A stretch of DNA of 62,955 nt, filler included, from Choristocarpus tenellus KU-1152 (taxonomy: Eukaryota > Protista > Phaeophyceae): assembly GCA_964200185.2 (NCBI GenBank). It is 7 parts of 7 records of this genome, joined end to end, with 100 filler letters (N's around TTAATTAATTAA, not from the genome) between each part and the next. Parts side by side here need not be neighbours in the genome. Positions count along the whole stretch, not along the records: positions 12,143 to 22,887 come from CAXNAD020002742.1; positions 22,988 to 33,069 come from CAXNAD020003164.1; 5 more parts are not named here. The stretch is one strand, 5' to 3'. The position numbers and the translations under genes were made by a program. Positions 12,593-24,481 of this stretch are shown here, piece by piece. How positions within the stretch are numbered: position 1 is the stretch's first letter; each line of letters opens with the position of its first letter. The notes under the pieces are model-generated. The model saw nothing but the letters and a program-made list of their open reading frames with translations, ran no database searches and was not told the DNA's origin.

Positions 12593-15104
12593 GTACTGCT
12601 CGTCGGTGGAGACACTGCCGACTTTGCCATCCGTCTCATCACGTGTCTGGACAGAGAGTACGAGCAGGTGGAGGCGGCCAAGGAGGACACATACCAACAA
12701 GGGGCTCTGATCATCGGCATCAGCGACAGCATGCCACAGGTGTTTGCACAGCTATCCACAGCTCCAGACCTCACCTACGACCAACTCAAAAACGCCATCA
12801 TTTCCTCCTCTTCGTACATTACGACGGAGGTCACAGGGGAAACGACTAGGAGCTCGGGGGCTATGGGGCTCCACACAGGTGTAGGGACATCTACAGGGAG
12901 ACAGGGGTTCGGGAGCGGCCTCGGTACGAACCAATGTGCTCTCTGTCTCAAATTCAACGACAGATGGAAAGAGTGCCACTCGTACTTAGCTGGCAAACTT
13001 CCTGCTAAGAGCCCCAACGGGCTTGGGGCGGCGCGCAAATTTCCACCACCACCAGCCAGGGTCCGGAGCAGTGGAGGCGGAGGCTGTGGCAAGGCTAATC
13101 GCCAGGGCTCATCGCGGGTGTTTTTGGCCATAAACGTGTCTGTAGGGGAGGGGACGTGTACAACAGGATGGTCGAGGCAGTGCTCCTGTCCTCATTTCAA
13201 TTTCTGTCCAAGACCACCAGCCTACTGTGCGACGCGGGTGCAAACGTGCACCTTACCCCCCCACTGAAGGACCTCACCGCAGCAACAGCAGTCACTCGCA
13301 CCCTCACCTTTGGAAACAAAGGTACACCGGACGCACGAGCAACCGGCGAGATATGGTCCTGGAGGCAACTGACGACATGGGCGTGCCCACCACGATTGTG
13401 CTCCAAGATGTGCTCTGGGTACCGGGTCTGCCATGCAGGCTTCTCAGCACATGCAGTGTGCGGTGCAAGGGAGGTGAGTTCGTGGACTCAGGGATCAGGA
13501 GGAGCTACATCCAGCCCAACAAGGGGGCAGTCAAGATCCATTTGGAGGAGAAGGGAGCCTTCTTGATGCTGCGGGCCCAGTTTCACGTCAAAAAGGGAAA
13601 AAAGGATAGGCAATGATGGTCAATGCTAGCTACGCCAATAAGCAGCAGCGCCTCTCCCTATCCGACTGGCACAACATCATGGGTCACCTCAACCCATTCG
13701 CGATCAAGCATCTGGAGAAGCGAGGCCTCCTGGACATTGCAGATGCCACAGTTGCCTCAGAGATGCACTGTCAGGTATGCAAGGAGCACAAGTCCAAGGC
13801 ACTCAGTTACGCACGGGGCGGGGCGACCGCAGCCCCAAGACGGTGGGGGGGGTGGTGCACACAGACCTGGAGGGACCCCTCGACCTGGGCATGACGGGCA
13901 TGAAGTACTTTCAGGTGTTCGTGGACGAGGCCAGCTGGGAGAAGCGCATGATGGGTCTGCGTACCAAGGATGCTGCTACCACGGCCACCGCCACCTACAT
14001 CGACGAGGTGGCTCGAGAAGGGTGGTGGTGAGGTGCATCAGTGGGGATGGCACTGGCGAGTTCGGGAGGAGTGTAAGTCTCCAACGCATGCTGACAGAGA
14101 GGGGCATGAAATGGCGCAAGACGCCCCACGCATGCCTCAGAGCAACGGGATTGCTGAGCAGGCAATCAAATAGGTGATACAAGCAGCGCGCAGCCAGCTA
14201 ATACAGGCTGGACTGGGGGAGGAGTTCGGGTTCTTCACGGTGGCAGATGCCACATACAAGGCCACAGTCATGCCACGTGAGTATCTGGGTGGCGAGACAC
14301 CATGCGAGCGCCTGACCAGCAAACCGTTCAACTACTAGTGGCTCGGTGTGTTTGGGACGGAGTGCTTCATGCATCAGACCAAGCAACAGCGTGGTGCCAA
14401 TGCCAAGTTCCACCCGTACGCGAAGCGGGGGGTCCTCATCGGATACGTCAAGGCGTCAGTCACTGTGCTGGCACGTGTAGATCCCGCAGGAAGGTAAGGT
14501 GGTGACCTCCGCACAAGTGAAGTTCCAACCTAAAGCCAAACTGCTGGAACTGGTGGGAGAGCCAGAGCTGGACATACTGGGGGAGTTGGAACACGACGAT
14601 GCCATGAACATCGATGGTGAAGGTGAAGAGGAGGCTTCCACAACAGGGAGTGAGGCACACACGACTGGGCATGCGGGCGGAAACATTGGGTGTGGGGCTC
14701 AAGATGCAAAGCGCTCAGCACCCCACCAAAGTCAACAAATTTCTCCTAGGACGGGATAGCGCCAGCGCATGGATAGGGCAGTGCAGATAGTGACCAAGCG
14801 TCTGGCCCCACACTCTGGACAGTGGGCATCTTCCCAGCCGGAGCAGTCCAAGCGGATGGACTACACATCCCAGCTGTACGACCTCGAAGAGGGTGAGGAA
14901 ATGGACATGAACCACTTCGTGTCAACTCTCATACAGCAGAACAACAACGACGTGTACTGTCTTACGGGTCTCATGGCGGAAGTGGCAACAGGTGCAGACG
15001 AGTTGTCTACTGCAAAGGAGGCCTTGAGGAGGAATGATACAGATCAGTGGTAAGAGGCCATAGAGTGTGGACTTCTTCGGAACCTTCAGCCCGGTGGTGG
15101 GATA

Positions 15105-15294
15105 TGTGCAAAATGAGCTCTTCGAAAAGAGCTTTTGCTTTATACGGTATGAATGAATATGTTAGCAGAGAGAGTACCATCCCTCGATGGTGGGGGGTGC
15201 TCTGCCTCGTTATCTATTGCGCACGTCTGCAGACACGTCTAATGCTGGTTACCAAACACATAAGAACCTATAGACTACCAGCCTATATTTCACA
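15105..15294 (-). mobile_element. Solo LTR (internally deleted) of the same copia family inserted antisense in pol
   Basis: TGTGC...TCACA ends; reverse complement matches both ends of the 16605-16953 LTR; flanks GGATA/GGGTA are a 5-bp TSD with one mismatch. Confidence 0.85.
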
Positions 15295-16604
15295 GGGTAC
15301 GACACACTACGGTGTGTCATATCAGTCGCAGCTTACAGAGGTTGGAGCATTGATGCCCCGGACTTCACACAAGCCTACCTCAACGCAGACCTACAGGAGG
15401 ACATCTGGCTGGAGCTTCCAGACAGCCGCACCCTTAAGGCAAAGAAGGCAATCTATGGGCTGAAGTAGTCACCCATGGAATGGTATCACGAGCTACGCGG
15501 CACCATCCTGGCAGAAGGGTAGACAAGCAGCCAAGACGACAAGGGCCTCTACTTCAGGAAGAGTGAAGACGGACGCATCGCCATCCTCACCACCTACGTG
15601 GACGACACTGCCACCACTGGGGACTTCACGGAGGAGATCCAGCGGATGAGGGCATCACTGCTGGAGAAGTACGAGAGGCGGGACCTTGGCACGCCGGACA
15701 AGCTAATTGGGGTGGGCATCACTATGGGTGCGGACGGCATCACCCTGGACCAACAGCTATACGCGGAGAACATTCTCATGGCCGGGATGGACTCCACGGA
15801 AGTGGGGGGACACATCCACAACACTCGACCTCGGCATGGACCTCTCTGCCAGGCACTATCACTAGGAGGAACTGAATCCCACCATCTACCCCTACGCCAG
15901 CATCCTCGGCCAACACATGTTTCTAGCAGGCATGACTCGCCCGGACCTGGCCAACAGCGTTCGTGAACTGGGGCGCAGGGCGGCGTCTCCATGCATGCGG
16001 CACTGGCGCGGACTGCAACACGTTCTACGCTACGTAGCAGGGATACTGGACGTCTACGTTCACTATGGTCGGGGGACTAAAGAAATGAACGGAGGCGACG
16101 GAGAGCTCTTGGTGGGCTATGGGGATTCCGACTGGGGCACCGACTCCCAAACACGCAGCAGTGTCACAGGTTACCTACTATTATTCAACGGATCGCCGAT
16201 CGCCTGGCGCTCCAAGCTTCAAGGCGCCGTCACCCTCTCCAGCTCGGAGGCAGAGAGGACGGCAATGGCATACGGCATGCGCCACTGCTTTTCCTTCGAG
16301 GCATTCTGGGGAAGATCGGCATACTACACAACCAGACTTTCTGGTTCTGTGACAACCGTGGTGCTATTCAGGCAGGCAGTATGACAGGTTTCAATGGGAG
16401 AACCAAGCACGTGGACATAAGCTCAAGTGCGTAAGAGAATACGTGGATCAGGATCTATTCCACCTAGAATTCGTTCCAACATCAAAACAACTAGCCGGCG
16501 TTTGACCAAATCTTTGCGCAAGAGCCTTCTGATATTGTGCATTCCGCGCTTTCTTGTCGGGGGTGAGCTTTTGTCAGCAACTTTGCTGCACGCTCATGGG
16601 GGAG

Positions 16605-16953
16605 TGTGCAATATAGGCTGGTAGTCTATAGGTTTCTTATGAGTTTGGTAGCTAGTAGCCTGTACCAAAAATTTTGACTGAGTAGATTAATTGTCAATGA
16701 CTTGTTTGAGTACGCCCAGAGTAGCAGGTTCGAATCTCGACGGGTTGAGTTCTTATTGCTTAATGTAAGTGGCTGACGCAGGACGAGTGACGTAGTGCGA
16801 CTGACACAAAAACGTTCTGACGTGTCTGCTGACGTGCGCAACAGATGACTAGGCAGAGCCCCCCCCCACCTCGACGAAAAGTGCTCACTCCACTAATAAA
16901 TTAATTCATACCACTTAAAGAGAAAACTCTATTCGAACAGCTCTTTTCGCACA
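16605..16953 (+). repeat. Copia 3' LTR (about 349 bp)
   Basis: Begins TGTGC right after the PPT and ends GCACA (inverted termini); homologous copies at about 18541-18903, 15105-15294 and 12252-12392. Confidence 0.88.
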
Positions 16954-17122
16954 GAGTGCTCTGCCTCGTTAGCTATTGCGCACGTCAGCAGATACATCAG
17001 AACGTGTCTGTGTCAGTCGCACTACGTAACTCGTTCTTTGTCAGTCGTAGCTGCGTCAGTTATCCTGCGTCAGTCACTTACATTTAACAATATGAAATCA
17101 ACCCTTCAAGATTCGAACCTAT
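16954..17122 (-). repeat. Inverted partial LTR abutting the 3' LTR
   Basis: Diverged reverse complement of about 16725-16860 (e.g. tgtgtcagtcgcactacgt, gattcgaacct). Confidence 0.8.
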
Positions 17123-17920
17123 AACTCTATGTGTACCGAAACGAGTGATAATCAATCTACTTACTCAGTCAGCATTTCTGAAGTTTTTATTTGCAGTTTA
17201 GTGGACCAAGGAAAGCATGTTTTTGCGGTCCTGAGCGAGATTGGCAAGAAGAAGAATTCGTCGCATATGCCATTGGACACATACGTCAAGATTGTTATCT
17301 GCGGCGATCTGCATTATTTCGAGATAGTACATAATTTCGAGATACTGCATAATTTGCAATTATTATTAAATATTTTCGCATAAATACACCTTAGAGATCC
17401 GTTCGCATCTCATATTTACATTTGGTATTTATTTCGCCGTAAGGAATTGGTGTAAAGTTGTATGACTTGTGAGAGGTTTTATTTGTAAGATTATTGTGTT
17501 GAAATCCTTTTCTAAAAGTTTGTTCTCTGTCACAAGTTCTAAAGTGGGGAAAATGAAGATGTCTGGGAGGAATGCCATAATCGAGTTTGACCTAGTTGAG
17601 CGAAACCCGTCGCTGGTGAGGTAACGAAGGCCTCTAAGGTGAAGACTTCGGAGGCGAGTAGTTGACCAAAACCTTTAACGTCGTTTCAAAGAACCGAAAA
17701 TGGGAATCTGATGGCGTAGTTTGATGTAGGCGGTATGAACCAAGGTATTATGTGTGAGGAGATAACTGTAATACAATTTCCTCCTAAAATTTTGCTCTTG
17801 TCAAAGGTTCTGAACTGCCACATAATCGACGTTCAATTAGTCCAGAAAAGCCCGCACTTGCATCGTCATGAAGGTTTCCAACCTGGAAGCCTAGGAGAGG
17901 AGTTGTTGACCAAAATAGAG

Positions 17921-18903
17921 ATGCATGCGGCACTGGCGTGGACTGCAACATGTTCTACACTACGTAGCAGGGATACAGGACGTTCGCATTCATTATGGTC
18001 GGGGGACTAAAGAAATGAACGGAGGGGACGGAGAGCTTTTGGTGGGGTATGCTGATTCCGTCTGGGGCATCGACTCCCAAACACGCAGGAGTGTCACAGA
18101 TTATCTACTATTATTCAACGGATCGCCAATCACCTGGTGCTCCAAGCTTCAAGGCACCGCCACCCTCTCCAGGTCGGAGGCGGAGTGGACGGCGATGACA
18201 TACGGCATGCGCCACTGCATTTTCGTTCGAGGCATTATTGGGGAGATCGGCGTATTGCAGGACCAGACTTCCTGGTTCTGCGACAACCGTGGTGCTATCC
18301 AGGCGGACAGCATCACAGGTTTCAACGGGAGAACCAAGCACATGGACATGAAATGAAGCTGAAGTGCACCAGAGAATACGTGGACCAGGGCCTGTTCCGC
18401 GTAGAATGTTCCTACATCAAAATAACTGTCCGACATATTGACCAAATCTTTGCGCAAGAGCCTTCTGATATTGTGCATTCCGTGCTTTCGCGTCGGGACT
18501 GAGCTTTTGTCAGCAACTTTGCTGCACGCTCATGGAAGAGAGTATAATATAGGCTGGTCTATAGGTTCTCTTGTGTTTGTTAACCAGTATCATGTAGCAA
18601 GAAATATTAGCTGTGTGGCTTAATTGTCGATCACTTGCCTCTGCGCAGCCAGATTAATAGGTTCGAATCTCGACGGGCTGGTTTATCTTAGTTTACTGTA
18701 AATGGCTGACGCAGGACGACTGACGAAGCCACGACCGACGCAGTGCGACTGACACAGATACCTTTTCACATGTCTGCTGACGTGCGAAGTATATAACGAG
18801 GCAGGGCGCCCCCCCCGCCCACCGAGAGATGGTGCCCACTTCGCTAATTTATTCATCCATACCATATAAAGCAAAACTCTATTCGAGCAGCTCTTTCTGC
18901 ACA
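17921..18903 (+). mobile_element. Second copia 3' fragment (RT end, RNase H, LTR)
   Basis: MRHWRGLQHVLHY..YADSVWG..RRSVTDY..SEAE..FCDNRGAI..RTKHMDMK, closely similar to about 15992-16600; LTR ends GCACA at 18903. Confidence 0.9.
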
Positions 18904-18904
18904 G

Positions 18905-19197
18905 GTTTAGGGGGGTCCTTACTGGGATGCAGATACACACCTTGCCTTCGCCGTAATGATCTCAATAAACATGTATTCTGACAGTTTGAACACGTTTTTA
19001 AACCCAGTCAAATGTAACTTGATCGGCTTTGCACTGGTGATCCTCCACAGCCATGACAGCCCACCCTCTCAAACTTTGCATGCCTCCAAATCTATATGAG
19101 AACTTTGCCTCGTTCCGAGGGTTATTACAGGGGTCGTTTAATGGTTGAGAATGAAGTTTGCAAAATTATGTTACATTTAATTCCTAACAGAGGAACT
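18905..19197. mobile_element. Terminal fragment of a second copy of the mariner element
   Basis: Aligns with about 22460-22708 (tgacagttt..gtcaaatgt..tgcactggtgatcctccacag..atgttacatttaatt) and ends in a degenerate TIR. Confidence 0.8.
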
Positions 19198-21162
19198 ATA
19201 TTTTTTGCAATATACATTTTTCGCTTCTCTTCTCTTTGGCGGTTTGAGAGTCGTATGTGTTCTCTTCGTTTTTTCTCTAAACATGAAAAGCTTTTCACAC
19301 AATCATTATAGCAGGAAAAGAAACACTATTTTTGTGATGTCTGTGTAATTGCTGCTGTGATTTCTTTTATGTATAATAACTAAACAACCACTAATACATT
19401 AAAAAAAAATGGGGAAATATGCTGAGAACATGTATCTTTTGGCTTGCTCACAACTACAGCAATCTGACGCAGTGTTGTGAGATAAGTAAAGCAGAACTGG
19501 GAGATGGTAGCAAAATATTTCTCCTCCAAGTTGGCCCCTCACTCATCTCTTCGCTACTGCAGACCTTGTTTCTCATGGGTATACCACTCACTGGTCATGC
19601 CTGCACTCTCATTCAGACAAATTGTGTTAACTACCAGGAGCTACATTCAGATTAACAAGAATCACAAATCTTCTCTGGTGCATAACTCTACATATTCTGA
19701 AACCATGCTTGTCACAAGTACTAATGGATCGTTGGACCGTGCGGGTCAAATTTGGACTTGGAGTAACAGAATCGGAAATGGAGGAATACGATATTGGGCC
19801 AAGTGGGGAAGGTTTGGAACGAATTGATCAGAACAAGGTTGAGAGGAATGAAACTAGTGCACGGATGCACAATTTTCGATAAAGAGGGAATATTAGTTGT
19901 TCGCATGCACACCAGTCACGCTTCCCATCTCAAGTCATGCTCAACTGACATTTACGTGCTTCATCGTAAAATGTTGTCGCTCAAATCATAAATGTTGACT
20001 CGCACAGTATATTTTGAATTTGGGGCCAAGTAAAAGTAAAAAAAAGTGTTACACCCAGCAATGTCCGACACTTGCTAAACTGGAAAATAATGCCGCTCAA
20101 GTCACAAATGGAATCCTTTTCATATGGGAAAAGTAGTTTGGTCAGTTTTTAATCTTATTTTGAAGATGCAGTGTGAAACATCCGAAAAGTCCGGAATTTG
20201 TGTAGGCAGTAAACCTGATCTGAGTGTTCCTCTCACTCTAACTTAGAGCGCTTCACTAGTGCCCAATTTTGATTCCCAACCCTACCGGAACCACCCTCAG
20301 ATGCAGTCACGCCTGCTTCTTAGGAAGATCACACAAAAGCTCCAAATGACTATCATAATGTCTCGGGTTAGGGCTGGCTCTCTTTGCCAGTCCCACAACT
20401 GCTCTCTGTACCACCTTTGTCCTGCCATGTGAGCAATGAAATTTGTAACACGCCTGGTGAAATTCCTGCGTGATAAGTTTAAAATATGACCCCCCAAATT
20501 CTATAATTCAACCCCTTCCAAGACTATAGGGACTCATCGACAGTCTGCTCTCATGATGACCGAAACAGAGCAGGCTGATTGCGATTACAAGGTTCCATGA
20601 AGCCCTTCACTTCCACCCACCTTTCTTGGCCCCTAACACTTCTGTGTTAGTAGTAGTCATTAAGTCATTGATATAAAATCCCCAAGTTTGATGTGATTCT
20701 TGGGGTTGATTATTATCAGATTTGGTGAAAGTTCAGAATAGGGGACACTTTGGTTAAATATTTTGTGTTAGGTTTGGGGTTGAGATGGAGGTTATTTATG
20801 CCAAGAGTAGTACACACATGGCATTTTGGGGACTATGTCTTTGGTAGGTTGGTGATATTTCTGTTGGAGGAAAAGACTTAGCGTGGAAAAAAGACCTTGA
20901 AATGCCAATTGATGGATTGTGTGCAATGTAATACATATCTGTTGAGATTAATGGATGCTGAGATTGATGAAATATACATGCTAGATAAATGTCCCAGTCA
21001 GAAAATCTCCAATACATGAAAGCACATTCGCTCAGGAATGTCAGTGCAGCATCAAAGATGGTAGATGAAAGACCATGCTACAAGAGAAGACACAATATTA
21101 TCATATTGCAATGTCTATGACGGAACAAAATTTCCATTCAAAACACATACACAAACTAAATA

Positions 21163-22708
21163 CTTCCTCCGTTCGGAATTAAATGGAACATGAATTTTGT
21201 AGTTCCAATGAAGCAAGATTTTTTTTCAGATGTTCATCTTTTGTGGGTACATTATGAAGACACTAAAAGATAGGTCAGCAAAATCTCAAGCAAAATGGGG
21301 CAGCCTACAGCTATGATTCCGCCTCTGAAGCCCTCCAAAACTCCATTCCAGCATGGTATTTACCTGTATCCACTGGGGCATTCAAGGGGAGCTGCCTGCC
21401 TTCTCAGCCTTTTCCTTGCTAAGATGGGGATTTTTGAAGGCGTTGTCACCCATTGACCTGAGCACTTCACCGTAGACTGCGAAGAGGCTCTGCCAGACAC
21501 ACACACTAGTGTCTCTTGGGGATACACATCTTCTAACCCCTCCATTGTGGCCCTCACCAGCTCTTCCTTCAGTTGCTGGATGGAATGAAAGAATCCCAGG
21601 TCGTTGATATTGAGGTCAGGTGAGTTGACTGGCTGGGCCTCTATGACTGTATCATCCCCTGCAGCTTCCTCGATTGTCTCCATGATTCCCCCCCCCTTGG
21701 CATGTGACTTTGCCCCATCCTGCTGCATGAAGATGGTGTGTCATTCCGGGCTTTTTTTGTGGGGCTTGATTTTCGGGAAGATATCTTCGATCGTGAGATT
21801 TCTCTACCTCTCCCCGTCCACCATGGCTAGTACAAGCACCTCGATGCCCTTGGGGTAGTGTTTGCTGGAGTGTTGAGCGACCTTAGTGTCCATGATTGGC
21901 CAGATCTCGATTTTCCCATCAAACCATACCCCATTGGAGAGCTCACTAGGGCGGGCCACAGCTGCAAGGAACATCAACTTCGTAATGTAACGCTTATTCT
22001 GTGCCCATGGGGGTTTGGGGGGCTCAGTGGGGTGCCGGTACTCACCTTGTCCATCTTTGAGGATGTAAAATAACTTCTTATCTACATGCACCCAGTCATA
22101 CAGATCATCTACTAATACCCCACTTCCCCCTCTCCTGTGTGTGTGTGTGGCTGATGACGAAAACCACCCTGTTAACTTTCTGCTGGCGTGAGAGGACTGC
22201 CTTAATCCACTGCTTGACCTTCTTCACCTCTCGCGCTTCCACAGATCCCCCGATGAGACAAGTAGACCCCAACTTTGGTGACCCATTTGCAGAAGGATGT
22301 GCAGTGAACTAATGGGACATCCCAAATGCTGAGGATACTTGTAGCATCACGCCACCACGCTGTTCTTCATTGGGGTGTTTGAGTCCTGACCCCAAACAGA
22401 CTTCTAAGACAAAGGATTGGAACTGACAGGCGACAACAGGATGAGCAAGTGGCTCGAATGATGGGGGGTCTCAATCTAGGCGTCCCAATAAACCCCCGGT
22501 TTGACAGTTTCATGAATGTTTTGAACCCCTGTCAAATGTTACTTGATCGACTCTGCACTGGTGATCCTCCACAGTCATGAAAGCTCACCAACTCAAAATT
22601 TGCACACCTCCCAATCTATACGACGACTAAGCCTTGCTCAGAGGATTTATTGCATGCAAGAACAGAGCTTAGAAAAGTTATGTTACATTTAATTTCAAAC
22701 GGAGGAAG
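21163..22708 (-). mobile_element. Plant-type mariner (DD39D-like) element with both TIRs, TA TSD and a degenerate transposase
   Basis: TA|CTTCCTCCGTTCGGAATTAAATGGAACAT ... ATGTTACATTTAATTTCAAACGGAGGAAG|TA. Transposase motifs WVHVDKKLFY, KLMFLAAVARP, FDGKIEIWP, QQDGAKSH, QPVNSPDLNINDLGFFHSIQ. Stops and frameshifts present. Confidence 0.92.
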
Positions 22709-22887
22709 TACCAAAAGTTAAAGTTGCATAAACCTAAAACGAATCATCCTGAAAAACTAAACATAATTAATACTAAAATTCAAAATATTGTTAAAATGTA
22801 GCCTATATTTATTATTATGCCCTCTGACATTTTGCAGATGTGTCAGGGGGGAAACCAATGAAAACTATATATATATGTCGTTGTTAG

Positions 22888-22987
22888 NNNNNNNNNNNNN
22901 NNNNNNNNNNNNNNNNNNNNNNNNNNNNNNNTTAATTAATTAANNNNNNNNNNNNNNNNNNNNNNNNNNNNNNNNNNNNNNNNNNNN
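22888..22987. other. Artificial contig spacer
   Basis: N44-TTAATTAATTAA-N44. Confidence 0.97.
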
Positions 22988-23580
22988 CAATTTTGGGTCA
23001 AGCCCATCCTCAATTTTTGAAATCGGCTGTTATGTTTGTTTGTGGGATTATCCTGTCCTAACCTTGAGTGCATGGTACTGCCAGTACGAGGCCAATTCCT
23101 GTCTAATGAAACTAGCTACTATACATACTGCTGGGAATGACAAAGAAAGGCCCCTATCCGTATGATATTTACACCTTTTATAAAAGTAGTTGCAAAATAA
23201 GGAGTTATTGTGTCAGCAACATCCGGGCAAGAAGTTTGCCATCATGCAAGGCAAGACCTCCTCCTTGCAGAATCACTACCACCGCATACTTTAGTGTCCA
23301 TGTGCAGTACATGCTGCCAGGTCACAGTGACATCAACTAAAATACTACCATTAAATGTAGGAAGAAGTAGTACTATTTATGTTATATCAGGACATATGGG
23401 AGGTAGAATACTCTGTATATTATATATACGTACCCTCTGGACGGCATACTGCTACCAACATAAAAAGCCATTCACTAGTCGTGCTGTCATTCAAAATATA
23501 ACTAATTAAATGAGTGCTTCAATTACTCGGATGTGACTGGTAGTTACTGACCGAAATGAATTTTAAAGTAAGGAGTTCAC

Positions 23581-23713
23581 CAGATAGTACATTATTAGTT
23601 GACTACATTAGTTGACCAGATAGTACATTAGTTGACTAGATAGTACATTAGTTGACCAGATAGTACATTAGTTGGCTAGATAGTATATTAGTTGACTAGA
23701 TAGTAGTACATTA
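23581..23713. repeat. About 20-bp minisatellite
   Basis: About six copies of tagtacattagttgac(c/t)aga. Confidence 0.85.
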
Positions 23714-24481
23714 CAGTGCTTTTTTTCTTGTTTATATTCGATGATGGAAGTAATCCTCTAGAAGAGAGGTTGAAGGGGAACGGAAAGAGAGTTACCATAT
23801 ACTTGACTATATATACTCAACTACTACTATTCTTGCTTGCCCATGGGGACGAGGTGATTAACACTAAAGACATTAAATAGTACCTACAACAGCGATGGTG
23901 CACCAGTAACTAAATTTAGGTATTTTTGAGGCAGGCTGGAATCCAAGCGTTTTCCAGCTACAACAAACTGGTAAGTCCATCACTTAGATGAAGTTCGACT
24001 CGTAAAATAACAGTGCTCCATTTCCACCTCTTGAATTTATTGCTGTTTCAATGGCTGCTAGAACAAAACGACCACGAACGGTCATAATAACATCCGTAAT
24101 TATAAATCTCTATATATAGCAAACTTCCATTGTCGAGAACACATACATGGGCCCATATTATCCTCCAACAAAAATATCCGTTCGTTGTCCACGACGACAA
24201 CGTTCAGAGCCATTTCCTCAGTAGCATTCGTTGCTTGGCGTATGTTTGTACCAATTCGGCCTGTAACGTCCACTGTCTAGGATAACGTTGATGGTCATTT
24301 ATTTACTCTATAACATACGTTGTGCAGATAGCACTTCATTATTACTTCGTGTACACGTATCTTTCTAAAACGCATAGTGTTATACAACCTCCCCAAGGAT
24401 CCAACAGATCTCTTGAGGAATCGATATCTTGAGTTTTTTTTGTCGAACTTCTCACGCTTTGGAAGGTTCAAGTGACTGGAA

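Larger units (their letters stand above)
12593..16953 (+). mobile_element. Degenerate Ty1/copia LTR retrotransposon (gag-PR-IN-RT-RNaseH-3'LTR), 5' LTR missing
   Basis: Degenerate zinc knuckle CALC....DRWKEC; protease CDAGANVH; QDVLWVPGLPCRLLS; GAG-pre-integrase WHNIMGHLN..CQVC; integrase VHTDLEGP, FVDE, PQSNGIAE; RT YVDD; RNase H YGDSDWG..SVTGY..SSSEAE; PPT GGGGGAG. Many frameshifts and stops. Confidence 0.93.

Noticed and set aside
22153-22165. CTGATGACGAAA hammerhead-like core
   Set aside because: No stem II, and it lies inside the mariner transposase coding sequence.
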